In this document: in pieces, positions 41,687 to 51,751 of the stretch
How positions within the stretch are numbered: the first letter of the stretch is position 1
Layout of the letters: each line of letters starts with the position of its first letter
From: Candidatus Bathyarchaeota archaeon
Lineage (GTDB): Archaea > Thermoproteota > Bathyarchaeia > Bathyarchaeales > Bathycorpusculaceae
NCBI GenBank assembly: GCA_963715865.1
Contig: OY970280.1
Span: 1,568,001-1,632,000 of the forward strand
DNA length: 64,000 nt
Direction of reading: 5' to 3'
The notes under the pieces: model-generated
Seen by the model: the letters and a program-made list of their open reading frames with translations, nothing else
The model's database searches: none
Told to the model about the DNA's origin: nothing
Position numbers and translations under genes: made by a program

Positions 41687-42013
41687 TTATGCCACGTAAG
41701 CGTCCTTTTTCGGCTGCGGCCTTCTAGCTTCCCCACATTTTACGCAGCTTTGAGCGCACAATTCAAGATATTTTTCTTCATCAGCCGAGCCAACCGCGTT
41801 TGCTGCTTTCATGCAGAGTTCACTTGGCTCAACGCAACCTTCTTCTTTGCACAGATTCGAAACGAACTGACAAACTTCCTGCACATCCTTAGGCTCCAAG
41901 ACAGCCCTGTTGGTGCGCACAAGCAAACAAAGCTCCCGCGCCATAACACATGTTTTCACGTATTTGACGCGTTCAAGAACTTCATCGCGTAAATTCTTTC
42001 GGCTTATTTCCAC
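41687..42013 (-). CDS. Cys-rich helical hypothetical protein
   Basis: 108 aa with 9 Cys, three Cx6C pairs and CAQSCVKC. Confidence 0.65.
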   Translation of the reverse strand: MEISRKNLRDEVLERVKYVKTCVMARELCLLVRTNRAVLEPKDVQEVCQFVSNLCKEEGCVEPSELCMKAANAVGSADEEKYLELCAQSCVKCGEARRPQPKKDAYVA

Positions 42014-42138
42014 TCTTCTTTATTCTCCTACTGGCATTATAAACAGATAATCAAAATAAGCGGTTCTAGGTTTAAAAAGTTGCTGTTATTCCTCATAAAA
42101 CAAACAATTTTAAAAAAAGGCAAACTGCAACGTCATTA

Positions 42139-45036
42139 TCAAAACCGTTTACTCAACGCCTTGCGTTCAGCCTCCAAAACCAACTCGTAAAATCGGTCTG
42201 AAAGCTTAGGCTCCTTCTCCAGAACAGCCGCAATGTCCGCCGTTTGAACTCGCCGAGCGCTCAATGCCACTGCAGCCACTTTACCATACTTTTCAATCAA
42301 CTCAGCAGTCTGCTTAGCCTGCAACTGCATCTTTTCCTCGTCCTTAGCTAAACGTCCCTTCTTCTCAATCAACGGCAATGCCTTCTCCTCTTCCACCTTC
42401 AACATTCCAAGCGCAAAAGACCCGCATCTGGGACACTTAGGTTTATCAGGCAAATCTTTGATGCGAATCATCTCCATGTAATCCCAACAGTTAGTGCAAA
42501 CAAAATTGCCCGTTTCATTAAGTAATCGTGCTTTAGCTGCCGCGATAAGCACTGCACGCATTTTCTCAGGCGGAATAAGATCCGTTTTCATGCTTACCCG
42601 CTCAATGCCCACGCGAGCAACCGGAGTCGCGTTGCCGCCAGTCATAACCACCTGCAAGCCTACCTCACCGTCACTGAATCCGCTTAAGCACCATGACAAG
42701 CCCATCTGCGTCAAGGTCTTTAGAGAAAACCTCCTTCAAACCCTCCTCATAAATCGGCGTACCCTCAAAACTCGTAATCAACTTCTGAATGCTAACGTTG
42801 CTAAAGTCAGCCCACTTCTTTAATGCGCCAAAACGTCTGGCTACTTGTATTACTCGTCGCTTGAATAATCCAGTCTTTATAGTTGACCTTGTCAACGTAT
42901 CCTTAACCGCTTGCGCACTCATGCCTTTCAATTCATTAAAGACTTCAACCAGTCCCTCAGCACTCATACTGCCCATGGTCTGCACAAAAATACGGTAAGG
43001 ATCATGCTGAACCACCATGCCCCGCCCAAGCTTATCAGACAACACTTCCCCAAGCAACTGCGCTAAAGCACGATTAATTAGCGAACCAAAATTAGAGTGA
43101 ATAATAACAAATTCACCCCAATCCTCAACCACAATCCGCTTGGGAGTAGGAACCGCAAAGCCAGCGTTCACCTGCTCCACCGTCTCAGCCAACGCATGCA
43201 AAATCGTCTCCTTATCAGCCATGTAACGTTCAGAAAGCAAGGCACTGACCTCTTCAGGCGAAAGCCCGCTTCGCATTTTTTCCTCAACAAAACCGCGTAT
43301 TTCTGCCACTTCCTGCGCTATCTCGTATGGCACTGGAATTTCCTCGCCTATCCAGCTGGGAATTGAACCAGTCGGATCGTCAACTGGCCGCACGTAAACT
43401 TTGTCTTCCGTGGCATGGATTATTTGCCATGGGCTGCCTCGTAATGATGAATTTTGTTCCTGGCTTGCCGTACTCCGCCATGAACGCTTCATCTAAAACA
43501 CCAATCGAAGTGTCCGATGACTCGTCAATAACAAGGAACTGTTTCTCCTCAGGAATCATCGACAAATTATCAAAATAGTACTCAAACAAAGCCTTAGACC
43601 GCTGAGGCTTCAAAGCAACTTGATCCTCAAAGGACACCCAGGCTAAACGTGGAAAACGCTCATGCATATACTTGAGAAGCTTTTTCAACATCTTCCAAGG
43701 TTAAGTTTTCAAACGGTGCAGCATTGCGTGCTAACTCTAAAACATCGTTAAATTCTAATCGCCTGCTCTTAAGCAGTAGCCCAGCAATTTGATGAGCCAA
43801 AACGTCGTAGGGTTTATCTGGAATTTCAACGGGCTCCAACTCTTCTTTGAGGGCTCTGCGGGCAATAACTAAGGCTTCAAGCGTATCATCTGAATCCATG
43901 CCGATAATTACGCCTTCGGCCACATGCCCATAAGTGTGGCCTGCGCGTCCAACCCGCTGAATAAGCCTTGTAACTTGCCTTGGACTCATGTACTGAATAA
44001 CAAGGTCTATGCGTCCAACATCTATGCCTAATTCGAGACTGCTGGTAGCGATTAAACCCTTAAGTTCACCCCGCTTTAACCCCGTTTCCGCAGCTATTCG
44101 TGAGAGCTTAGCTAAAGAGCCATGGTGAATTGAGATTGGAAAATCGATGTCCCACACTTTAAATCTGGATGCTAAAACTTCCGAGATTGAACGCGTATTT
44201 GTAAATAAAAGAACAGATTTACGTTTGCTCATATAATCGCGAATAATTCGCAGTCTAGCCGCTACTTCTGGATGCGTGTAGATTTTCGCGGCAAACCTTA
44301 CATCTTCCTCACTTGGCTTAGGGTAGATTACTTGCAGCTTCACCATTTTGGCAACGGGAACACGGATGATTTCGACAGGACGCTTATTGCCGACGAGGAA
44401 CTGAGCGACTTTTTCTGGGCTGCCAATTGTAGCGGATAAACCGATCATTTGGAAGTCTTTGCCGATTAGGCTTCTGACACGTTCCAGTGCCAGAGACAGT
44501 TGGCTTCCGCGTTTGCTATCAGCTAACTCGTGTACTTCATCAATTATTACCCACCGTAAGCTTTGCAGGTGTTGACGTAAAATCCAGCCGGAAAGTATAG
44601 CTTGCAGGGTTTCAGGGGTTGTTATGAGGATGTCAGGTGGGCTTCGGGATTGACGGGTTCTCTCTTTTGTTTCGGTGTCACCATGCCTGACGGCGAGTTT
44701 TATGTCTAGGTTGTTGCACCACCACTGAAGCCGCTCAAGCAAGTCTCTGTTTAAAGCCCGCAATGGCGTAATGTACAATACTTTTATGCCTGGAGTTTTG
44801 GGTTCCTTAAGAAGCATGCTTAGCACGGGCAGGAAGGCGGCTTCTGTTTTGCCCGTGGCTGTAGGTGAAATTAACAGGACGTTTTTGCCGTCAAGAATTT
44901 TGGGGATTGTTTTTTCTTGAGGTTCAGTTGGTTTAGAGAATCCTTTCTGTTCAACGAGCCTTCGAACTGGCTTCACAAGCATTTCAAAAGCATTTTCAGA
45001 AGTTGCCTGCAATATAAAGTAAACCTCAAATGCCAA
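42139..45036 (-). pseudogene. lhr: Lhr-like SF2 DEAD/DEAH helicase split by three +1 frameshifts (real or sequencing error)
   Basis: SPTATGKT, DEVH, SAT, QRVGRAGH in 43660-45036; reading continues in ORFs 43380-43691, 42671-43492 and 42139-42714; extra bases at ~43683, ~43443 and ~42675. Confidence 0.8.
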
Positions 45037-45332
45037 GATAAGCTAGGGATTCGGATATAAAAAATGTTAGGGAAGATTAACTAGGATTACAGGTTTTTTA
45101 AGGAAACTTTTTTAACTTTTGGTTCCTAATGGCTTGATTAATTATTGTTGTTTTGGCTAATATTCAAGCTTTTGTTAAACGCTTTCAACCATTTCCTTAA
45201 AGCAGTTCCAAGGGCATAGACAAAAATTTGTATAAACGCTACGTTAAAACGAAAAATATCTATTTGAAAGCTATGGAAAGTTTTTTATTCTATCAGCATA
45301 AACCATGGAAGCGGTGATATGGAGGAAATTTA

Positions 45333-45503
45333 ATGGCTAAATGTCCAAAATGCGGAACTGAAGTTTCAAAGCCGAAAAAGACGTGGAAGATGGCTGGTCG
45401 TCCAGATAAAGCTGGAAAACGAATGCAGCTGGAAATCGGACTCTACGAATGCCCAAAATGCGGCAAGGTATTCCGCGAAGTGTTAAGTAAAAAGAAAATC
45501 TAA
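45333..45503 (+). CDS. Cren7-like chromatin protein with two CPKC zinc knuckles, 56 aa (not in ORF track)
   Basis: MAKCPKCGTEVSKPKKTWKMAGRPDKAGKRMQLEIGLYECPKCGKVFREVLSKKKI*; K.W...G....IGL..P..GK.FR core; GGAGG RBS. Confidence 0.75.
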   Translation: MAKCPKCGTEVSKPKKTWKMAGRPDKAGKRMQLEIGLYECPKCGKVFREVLSKKKI

Positions 45504-45636
45504 AACAGTGCAACCAGAAACTTAAAACTGATTGCATCATCTTGCCTCTCTTATTTTTCTTTATTTTAAAACGGTAAGTTTTAAAAAGTAGGAACTCTTT
45601 ATGAACAGGAACCACTTCACCATTAGAGGCAAAAGT

Positions 45637-46309
45637 TTGATTGCTCTAAAAAAGTTATGGAAAAATGATTATTTCAAAACGGTAGTTGCCATCGTCTTGA
45701 TTGTTGTAATAGTTCTTGGCTTTTTCTTTGGCTTAGCAACTAGCGCTTAACACGCCTGATCCCGCGTTGACTGTGGAAAGCGGCAGCATGTGCATTCCTT
45801 ACGGTGCCAACGATAACTTCTGGTTAAGCTTAACCCACCCGTTTGACCGAACCCTGAGTATAGGCGACATCATAATCGTCCAAGGCATAGACCCCAAAGA
45901 CCTGAACACTAACTATCCAAACAGCGACATAATCGTCTTCCACAGCCCGAGCCCGTACTCAAGTGAATTAATTGTGCACCGCATAATAGGCACAGAAGAA
46001 GTTAACGGCACCACATATTACCTTACTAAAGGCGACGGAAACGGAAACCCATGGCCACAAACCCCACAGATAGGCTCGGGGACAGACCCGTGGGACAACA
46101 ACAACCCCCCAGGAGTCCCCCAAAACATGGTAGTAGGCAAAGTTGTTATGCGTATTCCATGGTTTGGATGGATAACACTTTTCATGAGGAATAACCAGTG
46201 GGGTTTACCATTGATTATTGCGCTTATAGTGTTGCTGGTGATTATCGAATTTATTATTCCTATGTTAAGAGAGAAGAAAAGACCTGAACAACAGAATGGA
46301 GTACAGTGA
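45637..46309 (+). pseudogene. Signal peptidase I (S26, archaeal type) with one +1 frameshift at ~45736
   Basis: N-terminal TM in one frame; VESGSM, GDIIIV, IVHRI, TKGD in the next; deleting G45736 joins them. Confidence 0.8.
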
Positions 46310-46384
46310 CAGCCACAGATGTCTTTATAAAGTCAGCCTTTGATAAGAAATATTTAAGGGCGGTTAAAGCAAGAGGGGAAATGA

Positions 46385-46945
46385 TTGCCAAAAGTTAAAG
46401 CTACAATAAGCATCGAAAATGTGGTCGCTTCTGCAACGCTGAACCAGAAAGTTGACTTGAATGCTGTGGTTAAGGGTTATCCAGGTGTTGAATATCGCCC
46501 TGAACAGTTTCCAGGACTAGTTTTTAGATTAAAACGTCCCAAAACTGCGACTTTAATTTTCAGTTCTGGAAAAATGGTTTGCACTGGCGCTAAATCAGAG
46601 AAGGAAACTCGCAGAGCTGTCATGAAAGTGGTTAAGGAACTTAAAAAAGGCGGCATAATAATCATCAGCAAACCAGAATTAAAAATACAAAACATTGTTG
46701 CCTCAGGCGGCTTAGGCGGCATGATTGACTTAGAAAAGGCAGCTTACACGCTTGGTCACGCCATGTACGAACCTGAACAGTTCCCAGGCTTAATCTACAG
46801 GATGCAAGAGCCCAAAGTAGTGATTTTGCTCTTTGCAAGTGGAAAACTGGTTTGTACTGGAGCCAAAAAAGAACAAGACGTTTATGATGCTGTGGAAAAA
46901 TTGCATACGCTACTTGAAGAAACCAATTTGATATTTTACGATTAA
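46385..46945 (+). CDS. tbp: TATA-box-binding protein
   Basis: Two repeats: IENVVAS/IQNIVAS, Y.PEQFPGL, F.SGK.VCTGAK. Confidence 0.97.
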   Translation: MPKVKATISIENVVASATLNQKVDLNAVVKGYPGVEYRPEQFPGLVFRLKRPKTATLIFSSGKMVCTGAKSEKETRRAVMKVVKELKKGGIIIISKPELKIQNIVASGGLGGMIDLEKAAYTLGHAMYEPEQFPGLIYRMQEPKVVILLFASGKLVCTGAKKEQDVYDAVEKLHTLLEETNLIFYD

Positions 46946-46957
46946 AAATTTAATTTT

Positions 46958-47596
46958 TCATTGTTTTTTGACTTGTTTCAGGATTGTTTTTCGGCTTTCT
47001 TGGTCTATGGCGCCTATTTCGTACAGTGTGTTTGCTATTTCGCTTATTTTCAGTAATGCGTGAAGGTTTATGTCGCTTTTTTCAAGTAGTTGTTTTCCGC
47101 CTTCTTCTCGGTCCAGAAAAGCGACGGCGGCTGTTACAACGCCACCTTCGGCTCTTACGGCTTCAGCGGCTTTTTTGAGGGTTAATCCGGTGGTGACTAA
47201 ATCGTCGATTAGTAGAACTTTGTCTCCTGATACAAGGATTCCTTCTACTCTTCTTTCTCTTCCGTGCAGTTTGATGCCTTTGCGCACGTACAGGAAGGGT
47301 TTTTTGAGGTTGTATGCGATTTGGGATGCAAAGGGGATTCCGGCAATTGGTACTCCCGCTATTCGGTCGAAGTTTTTTAGTCCGATTTGGTTGGCTATGT
47401 ATTCAGCGTAGAAGTCGCAGATTTCTCTGAATGCATCTGGGAAGCTTGGGATTACTCTTAGGTCTATGTAGTAGGGGCTTGCTTTTCCGCTTGTTAGCTT
47501 GAATACTCCGAATTTTACTGCGTCGATTTTGAAGAGTATGTTTGCCATTTTGTCTTTCTTTTCTTGGATGATTTGGTCTGTTTTCAAGTTTTTCAC
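46958..47596 (-). CDS. pyrE: Orotate phosphoribosyltransferase
   Basis: FKLTSGKASPYYIDLR, LIDDLVTTG; GTG start overlaps the upstream stop. Confidence 0.93.
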   Translation of the reverse strand: MKNLKTDQIIQEKKDKMANILFKIDAVKFGVFKLTSGKASPYYIDLRVIPSFPDAFREICDFYAEYIANQIGLKNFDRIAGVPIAGIPFASQIAYNLKKPFLYVRKGIKLHGRERRVEGILVSGDKVLLIDDLVTTGLTLKKAAEAVRAEGGVVTAAVAFLDREEGGKQLLEKSDINLHALLKISEIANTLYEIGAIDQESRKTILKQVKKQ

Positions 47597-48282
47597 TTCC
47601 TTTTTGATACTTGGTAGATTTTGTTTTGTTCTGGAATCAAGCATGCAGTTCTTGGCAGTTCCTTTTTTATTATTTCAGCGAATTGAGTTTGGCTTGCTGT
47701 TGATGCTGTGTGGTATGGTACTGCGACTTGTGGCTTGGTTAATCGTGCTATTTCGAAGCCTGTTTGCGGTGTGGAGCCTGGAGCTATGCCAACTGTGCAG
47801 AAGACTACGTCGAATTTTTCTCTTTGCCCCATGGCTGCTAGTTCTGGGAAGGGTAAGCTGTCTGCTGTATGGTAGACTTTGACTTCGTCTTCGCTGGTTA
47901 TTATGTAGGTTACTGGGGCTTGTGCGGTGTGATTGCATTTTTCTGCTTTGACTGAGACTTCGCCGATTTTGATTTCTGCGCCGGGTTTTATTTCTTGGAG
48001 TTTTTCGGTGGGTATGGCGTGTTGGAGTTTTTTTGTTGAGGCTGAGTCAGCGATTATTGTGCAGTTTGTTGCTTTTTGGATTTCTGTTATTAATCGTGGG
48101 TCTAGGTGGTCGTAGTGTTCGTGGGTTATTAGGATTGCATCTACGTTTTGGAGGCTTTTGGGTTTGATGTCTACTGGGTCTATGGCAAGCGTTTTAGTGG
48201 GGGTTTTTAGGAGAATTCCAGCATACTGGTTGAACCATACGAAGAGTATGGTGTTTTTTTCCGGAGTTTTCTGGATGGACAT
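47593..48282 (-). CDS. MBL-fold metallo-hydrolase (UlaG-like)
   Basis: ITHEHYDHLD, YHTADS. Confidence 0.85.
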   Translation of the reverse strand: MSIQKTPEKNTILFVWFNQYAGILLKTPTKTLAIDPVDIKPKSLQNVDAILITHEHYDHLDPRLITEIQKATNCTIIADSASTKKLQHAIPTEKLQEIKPGAEIKIGEVSVKAEKCNHTAQAPVTYIITSEDEVKVYHTADSLPFPELAAMGQREKFDVVFCTVGIAPGSTPQTGFEIARLTKPQVAVPYHTASTASQTQFAEIIKKELPRTACLIPEQNKIYQVSKRK

Positions 48283-48456
48283 TTACTTGATTCCTCACAC
48301 TATTATAATGATTAGCGTTTTAAAGAAGTTGCGTTACTAAATTGTTGCGCGCGTATTTGCGGAAAAAGTTATAACATCTATTGCCTTGCCATAAAAGAAG
48401 GAATTTGAGTAAATTTTGGATTTAAATGTAAAATGTATGAAAAATGAGCAAAGGCT

Positions 48457-48620
48457 CTATTGATTGTTTAACCGTTGCCTATAACAATCGTAATCTGGGA
48501 AGATACGCTGATAGTCTTGGCAATGTTGTATTTTGCCCATTCCAGCATGTCTTCTTTTTTGTTGTCGTGGGCGATGAGTGCGATTCTTTTTTTGTGCCTT
48601 ATCATAGCTATTTTTGCCAT
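48457..48620 (-). pseudogene. mgsA: Methylglyoxal synthase relic with a large internal deletion
   Basis: KRIALIAHDNKKEDMLEWAKYN directly followed, in another frame, by the C-terminal DYQRIFPDYDCYRQR*; catalytic core absent. Confidence 0.7.
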
Positions 48621-48765
48621 ACTTCTTGTTCCCCTGCTTAGCAGCATCATGAGTGGTTGGCTTATAATTGTTCCGCTGTACAACATTACGGTTGAAGTTT
48701 GGATTTGGGAATAAAGGTTATGTAGGTAATCATGCGACAGGGCATAATGGGGAAGAAGACCTGTT

Positions 48766-49393
48766 ATGGGGTCACTGAAAAGTTTAGCTCAAGGCTTTCT
48801 AGTCGCAACAGGGCTAATCTGGATATTCAACATAGCCGCGCTCTTCGAAGGCGGCGACGCTTGGCTAGGCTTAATGTACCTGTTCATCTTGCTGATTCCA
48901 GCCTCCAGCATAACGTATCTTAAGCTGAAAAACACAAACCCTAAAATTGTGCCTGAGACTTCGGAAAAATGGCGGAATTTGCTGTTTTCTTTTCAAGGCG
49001 TTGCTTTAGCATTTTGGATGTTTGATATTGTAACAACATTCTACGCCATTAACGTTACAGGTTTGGCTATAGAGTTGAATCCGCTCGGGTGGCCGCTTGG
49101 CATTTTAGGCGCATTCGCATTTTACGCGCCAACATTAGTTTTCTCGTATGTTTTGCTGTTTAAAATTAAAGAAACAGCTCTCTTTACGCTGCCATACCTT
49201 TGACGCTGGTAACGCTTGGCATGGGCATGATGAATTGGTCGCGGGAGCACAAAACTTCCAAGTGTTCGTTGACACCGCTGCTCTGGCAACGGGAATACGC
49301 TATGGACTGTTAGCGTTGATTGTTACGGTAAACTTGGCTGTTCCATTGGCCTTAAAAAGAATGGTAACTCAACCTAAAATCGTTTTGTCATGA
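48766..49393 (+). pseudogene. Multi-TM membrane protein with two -1 indels (~49184, ~49235)
   Basis: DIVTTFYAI...ELNPLGW; restoring two T's gives the continuous FYAAIPLTLVTLGMGMMNLVAGAQNF. Confidence 0.55.
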
Positions 49394-49850
49394 CGTAGGC
49401 GTCTTCGCCATCAGAGTAGTACCCGTTTATGGTTCTGGTAACTTCAAAGCCAAGCTTCTTGTAGAGCGATACGCCCGCTTCGTTTGTTACTCTGACTTCT
49501 AAGAAGCATTGTTTAGCCTTGTAATATTGCATGCCTTCCAACGCCCTGTTGATTACTGCTTGAGCGACGCCTTTGCGCCTGTACTGTGGCAAAACCGCGA
49601 TGGATACGACATGTCCCTTTCTTATTAAGCCGCCGAACCCATAATTTGATAAGCCGACTTCGATGCGGCACATGATGTAGCCCGCGATTGCTCCGTTTTC
49701 TTCTGCCACAATGAAGGTTTCTGGAAAACGCTGGTGCAAGTCCATAAAGAAAAAGTCCGTGTAGTTTTCTGGTAGGCAGACGCGGTTGATTTGCATTACG
49801 CTTTGTAAGTCGTCGGGGGCAAATTTGCGGAGCTTGAAGGTTTGTTGCAT
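49374..49850 (-). CDS. ard1: N-terminal protein acetyltransferase (Ard1/RimI)
   Basis: CLPENY, GHVVSIAV, RRKGVA, LEVRVTN, YYSDGEDAYVM. Confidence 0.92.
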   Translation of the reverse strand: MQQTFKLRKFAPDDLQSVMQINRVCLPENYTDFFFMDLHQRFPETFIVAEENGAIAGYIMCRIEVGLSNYGFGGLIRKGHVVSIAVLPQYRRKGVAQAVINRALEGMQYYKAKQCFLEVRVTNEAGVSLYKKLGFEVTRTINGYYSDGEDAYVMTKRF

Positions 49851-49945
49851 TATTTCGCCTTCTTAAACCAAATTTCACCGTTGTAACTTAAAGGTTGCGC
49901 TTTATGCTTCAATCCGTTGCTTTTGGCATGGAGTGGGCAGATTGT

Positions 49946-51229
49946 TTAAGTCTTTGTTTCTTCCGGCGCTTTGAAGATGGGCAAAGTGTAGCTGCCCTGA
50001 GGCATCGCCCAAACTCTTGAGGCTGAGCCAGCAATTTTCAACGCTTCACCCAACGCATCGTTTACTGCTCTCGCGGTTTTCAGTTTGAATATGCTGGTTG
50101 CATAGTAATCAGGCAGGGAAGAAACCAAGATTATCTGGTGGTTTTGCAGTGCTTTTAAGAGGTAATAGGCTTTGTGACCGCCCATAACAAAGTTGCGTTT
50201 AATTTCGCGTTCAACATTTTTCAAATCGCCCAAACGCGTCATCCAATCGTAGAACACTTGGTTCCCATGTCCTTCAGGACACTCGGCAACGAGGATTATT
50301 ACGCCTCCGCGTTTAACTGCGTCCAACGCGTTGTCCAGCGCTTTGTAAGCTTGGTACAGATTCATGTCCGCTGGATGGCCGCCTGCGCTTACGACTAAGA
50401 TGTCTGCTCGGCGGTCCACTGTTATGCGGTACATTTCGTCGACCAGTTTTACGGCTTCCATAAACGCCTGCTCCAAATCGCCAGCGAAGGCTTTTACGAT
50501 TTCGCCCTTCTTGTTCTCGACAACGTTTACGATGAAGTCTACTTTGGCTAATCTTGCCGCTTCAGTCATGTCCCGATGCACTGGGTTATCCTCTAAAATT
50601 CCTGTTCTGGCGTTGGCGTGCAGTAGCATGGCGTGGTTGTGCTTGATGGTTTCTTCGCCGCTGACAGCGGGCAAAACGCTTTTTCTTCCACCGCCATAAC
50701 CCGCATAATAGTGGAAGCCAACATCGCCCAAAAGCACTTTCACGTCTGCCTCAGCTAAAACGCGGTTAACATACACTTTGTTGCCATGCGTCTTAGTCGT
50801 GCCCACATAAACTAAGTCTGTGGCTCGGCAGTCATGACTGATTGTTTTTACGCGTTTAAGCGCTTCCGCACCAAGCAGTTCTGCGGCTTCTTCAGGCTTA
50901 ACTGCCCGGTGGGTTCCGCAGCCAAAAATAACCGTGACATTCTCATCTTTTACGCCAGCCAGATTCAGCTCGGCGAGCACTGGCAAAAGCATCACTTCAC
51001 TTGGCGCTTTGCGAGTAGCATCATCCACGACAATTGCGACTTTGCTTTCTGGCTTGGCAATTTCGCTTAAACGCTTAGAGCCGATGGGTTCTTTTAGGGC
51101 TCGCTCAACTTCAGCCTTAGCGTCCGATGCGCCTTGGCGCTCGCTGGGCTCGATTGTGCCGAGGAGGTTTCGGGCTGGAACTCTGACGCACACGTCGGTT
51201 TTTCCGTAGGGAAGCCAAACATCAACCAT
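49946..51229 (-). CDS. larA: Nickel-pincer-dependent lactate racemase family protein
   Basis: VDDATR, GTHR, HYYAGYGGGRKSVLPA, NHAM, NLYQAYKA, AECPEGHG. Confidence 0.9.
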   Translation of the reverse strand: MVDVWLPYGKTDVCVRVPARNLLGTIEPSERQGASDAKAEVERALKEPIGSKRLSEIAKPESKVAIVVDDATRKAPSEVMLLPVLAELNLAGVKDENVTVIFGCGTHRAVKPEEAAELLGAEALKRVKTISHDCRATDLVYVGTTKTHGNKVYVNRVLAEADVKVLLGDVGFHYYAGYGGGRKSVLPAVSGEETIKHNHAMLLHANARTGILEDNPVHRDMTEAARLAKVDFIVNVVENKKGEIVKAFAGDLEQAFMEAVKLVDEMYRITVDRRADILVVSAGGHPADMNLYQAYKALDNALDAVKRGGVIILVAECPEGHGNQVFYDWMTRLGDLKNVEREIKRNFVMGGHKAYYLLKALQNHQIILVSSLPDYYATSIFKLKTARAVNDALGEALKIAGSASRVWAMPQGSYTLPIFKAPEETKT

Positions 51230-51577
51230 GACAAGTCACGTTATAATTGAAATGTACACGACGTAAGAAACTATTAAGCCTTATCAAAACAGACACAAAA
51301 AGTGTAAGAACACTAATCCGCGGTAACTTCTCTTAGGCTTTAATCTAGAAATCAGACTTAATTTTAACGATTTTTTGTATAAGCCAAGTATCAGCTTTAA
51401 CATAAATTCTATGTACGGAGCACCTTTTTACGCACTCCTTGGCACTATTGGTGCTGTTCTTCTGCTTGTTAGCATGTATGAATATATTTTTAAAAAAATT
51501 AGATTGCGCCACTTGGAAAGACCAAGCCATGTTTTCTAAAAAAAGACAATGAGGGATTGGTGACATCTTAGAGCATT

Positions 51578-51684
51578 AGGGTTTGCTGAGGCTCTGGAAC
51601 ATTTTTTAAGGAGAAAAGAAAAATGCAAATGCTTGACTATGACCTATTGCTTTTCGTGAATTTAACCAGAGCCTTCTCAGCCCT
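51578..51684 (-). ncRNA. Candidate structured sRNA or repeat element, copy 1 (BHB-like terminal stem)
   Basis: Minus strand AGGG-CUGA-GAA-GGCUCUGG...CCAGAGCC-UCAG-CAAA-CCCU; TTAAAAA ~20 nt upstream; stems identical in copy 2. Confidence 0.45.
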
Positions 51685-51751
51685 TATTCTCTTCTCCAAT
51701 GCGTTTTTAAGACTAAAAAAGGGGGAAAGTGATTTTTTTGTTTGCGAGTCG

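Noticed and set aside
42139-45036. Programmed frameshifting in lhr
   Set aside because: Three unrelated single-base insertions with no common slippery motif; error or decay is simpler
51345-51566. 73-aa minus-strand ORF
   Set aside because: No motif or RBS; AT-rich intergenic sequence
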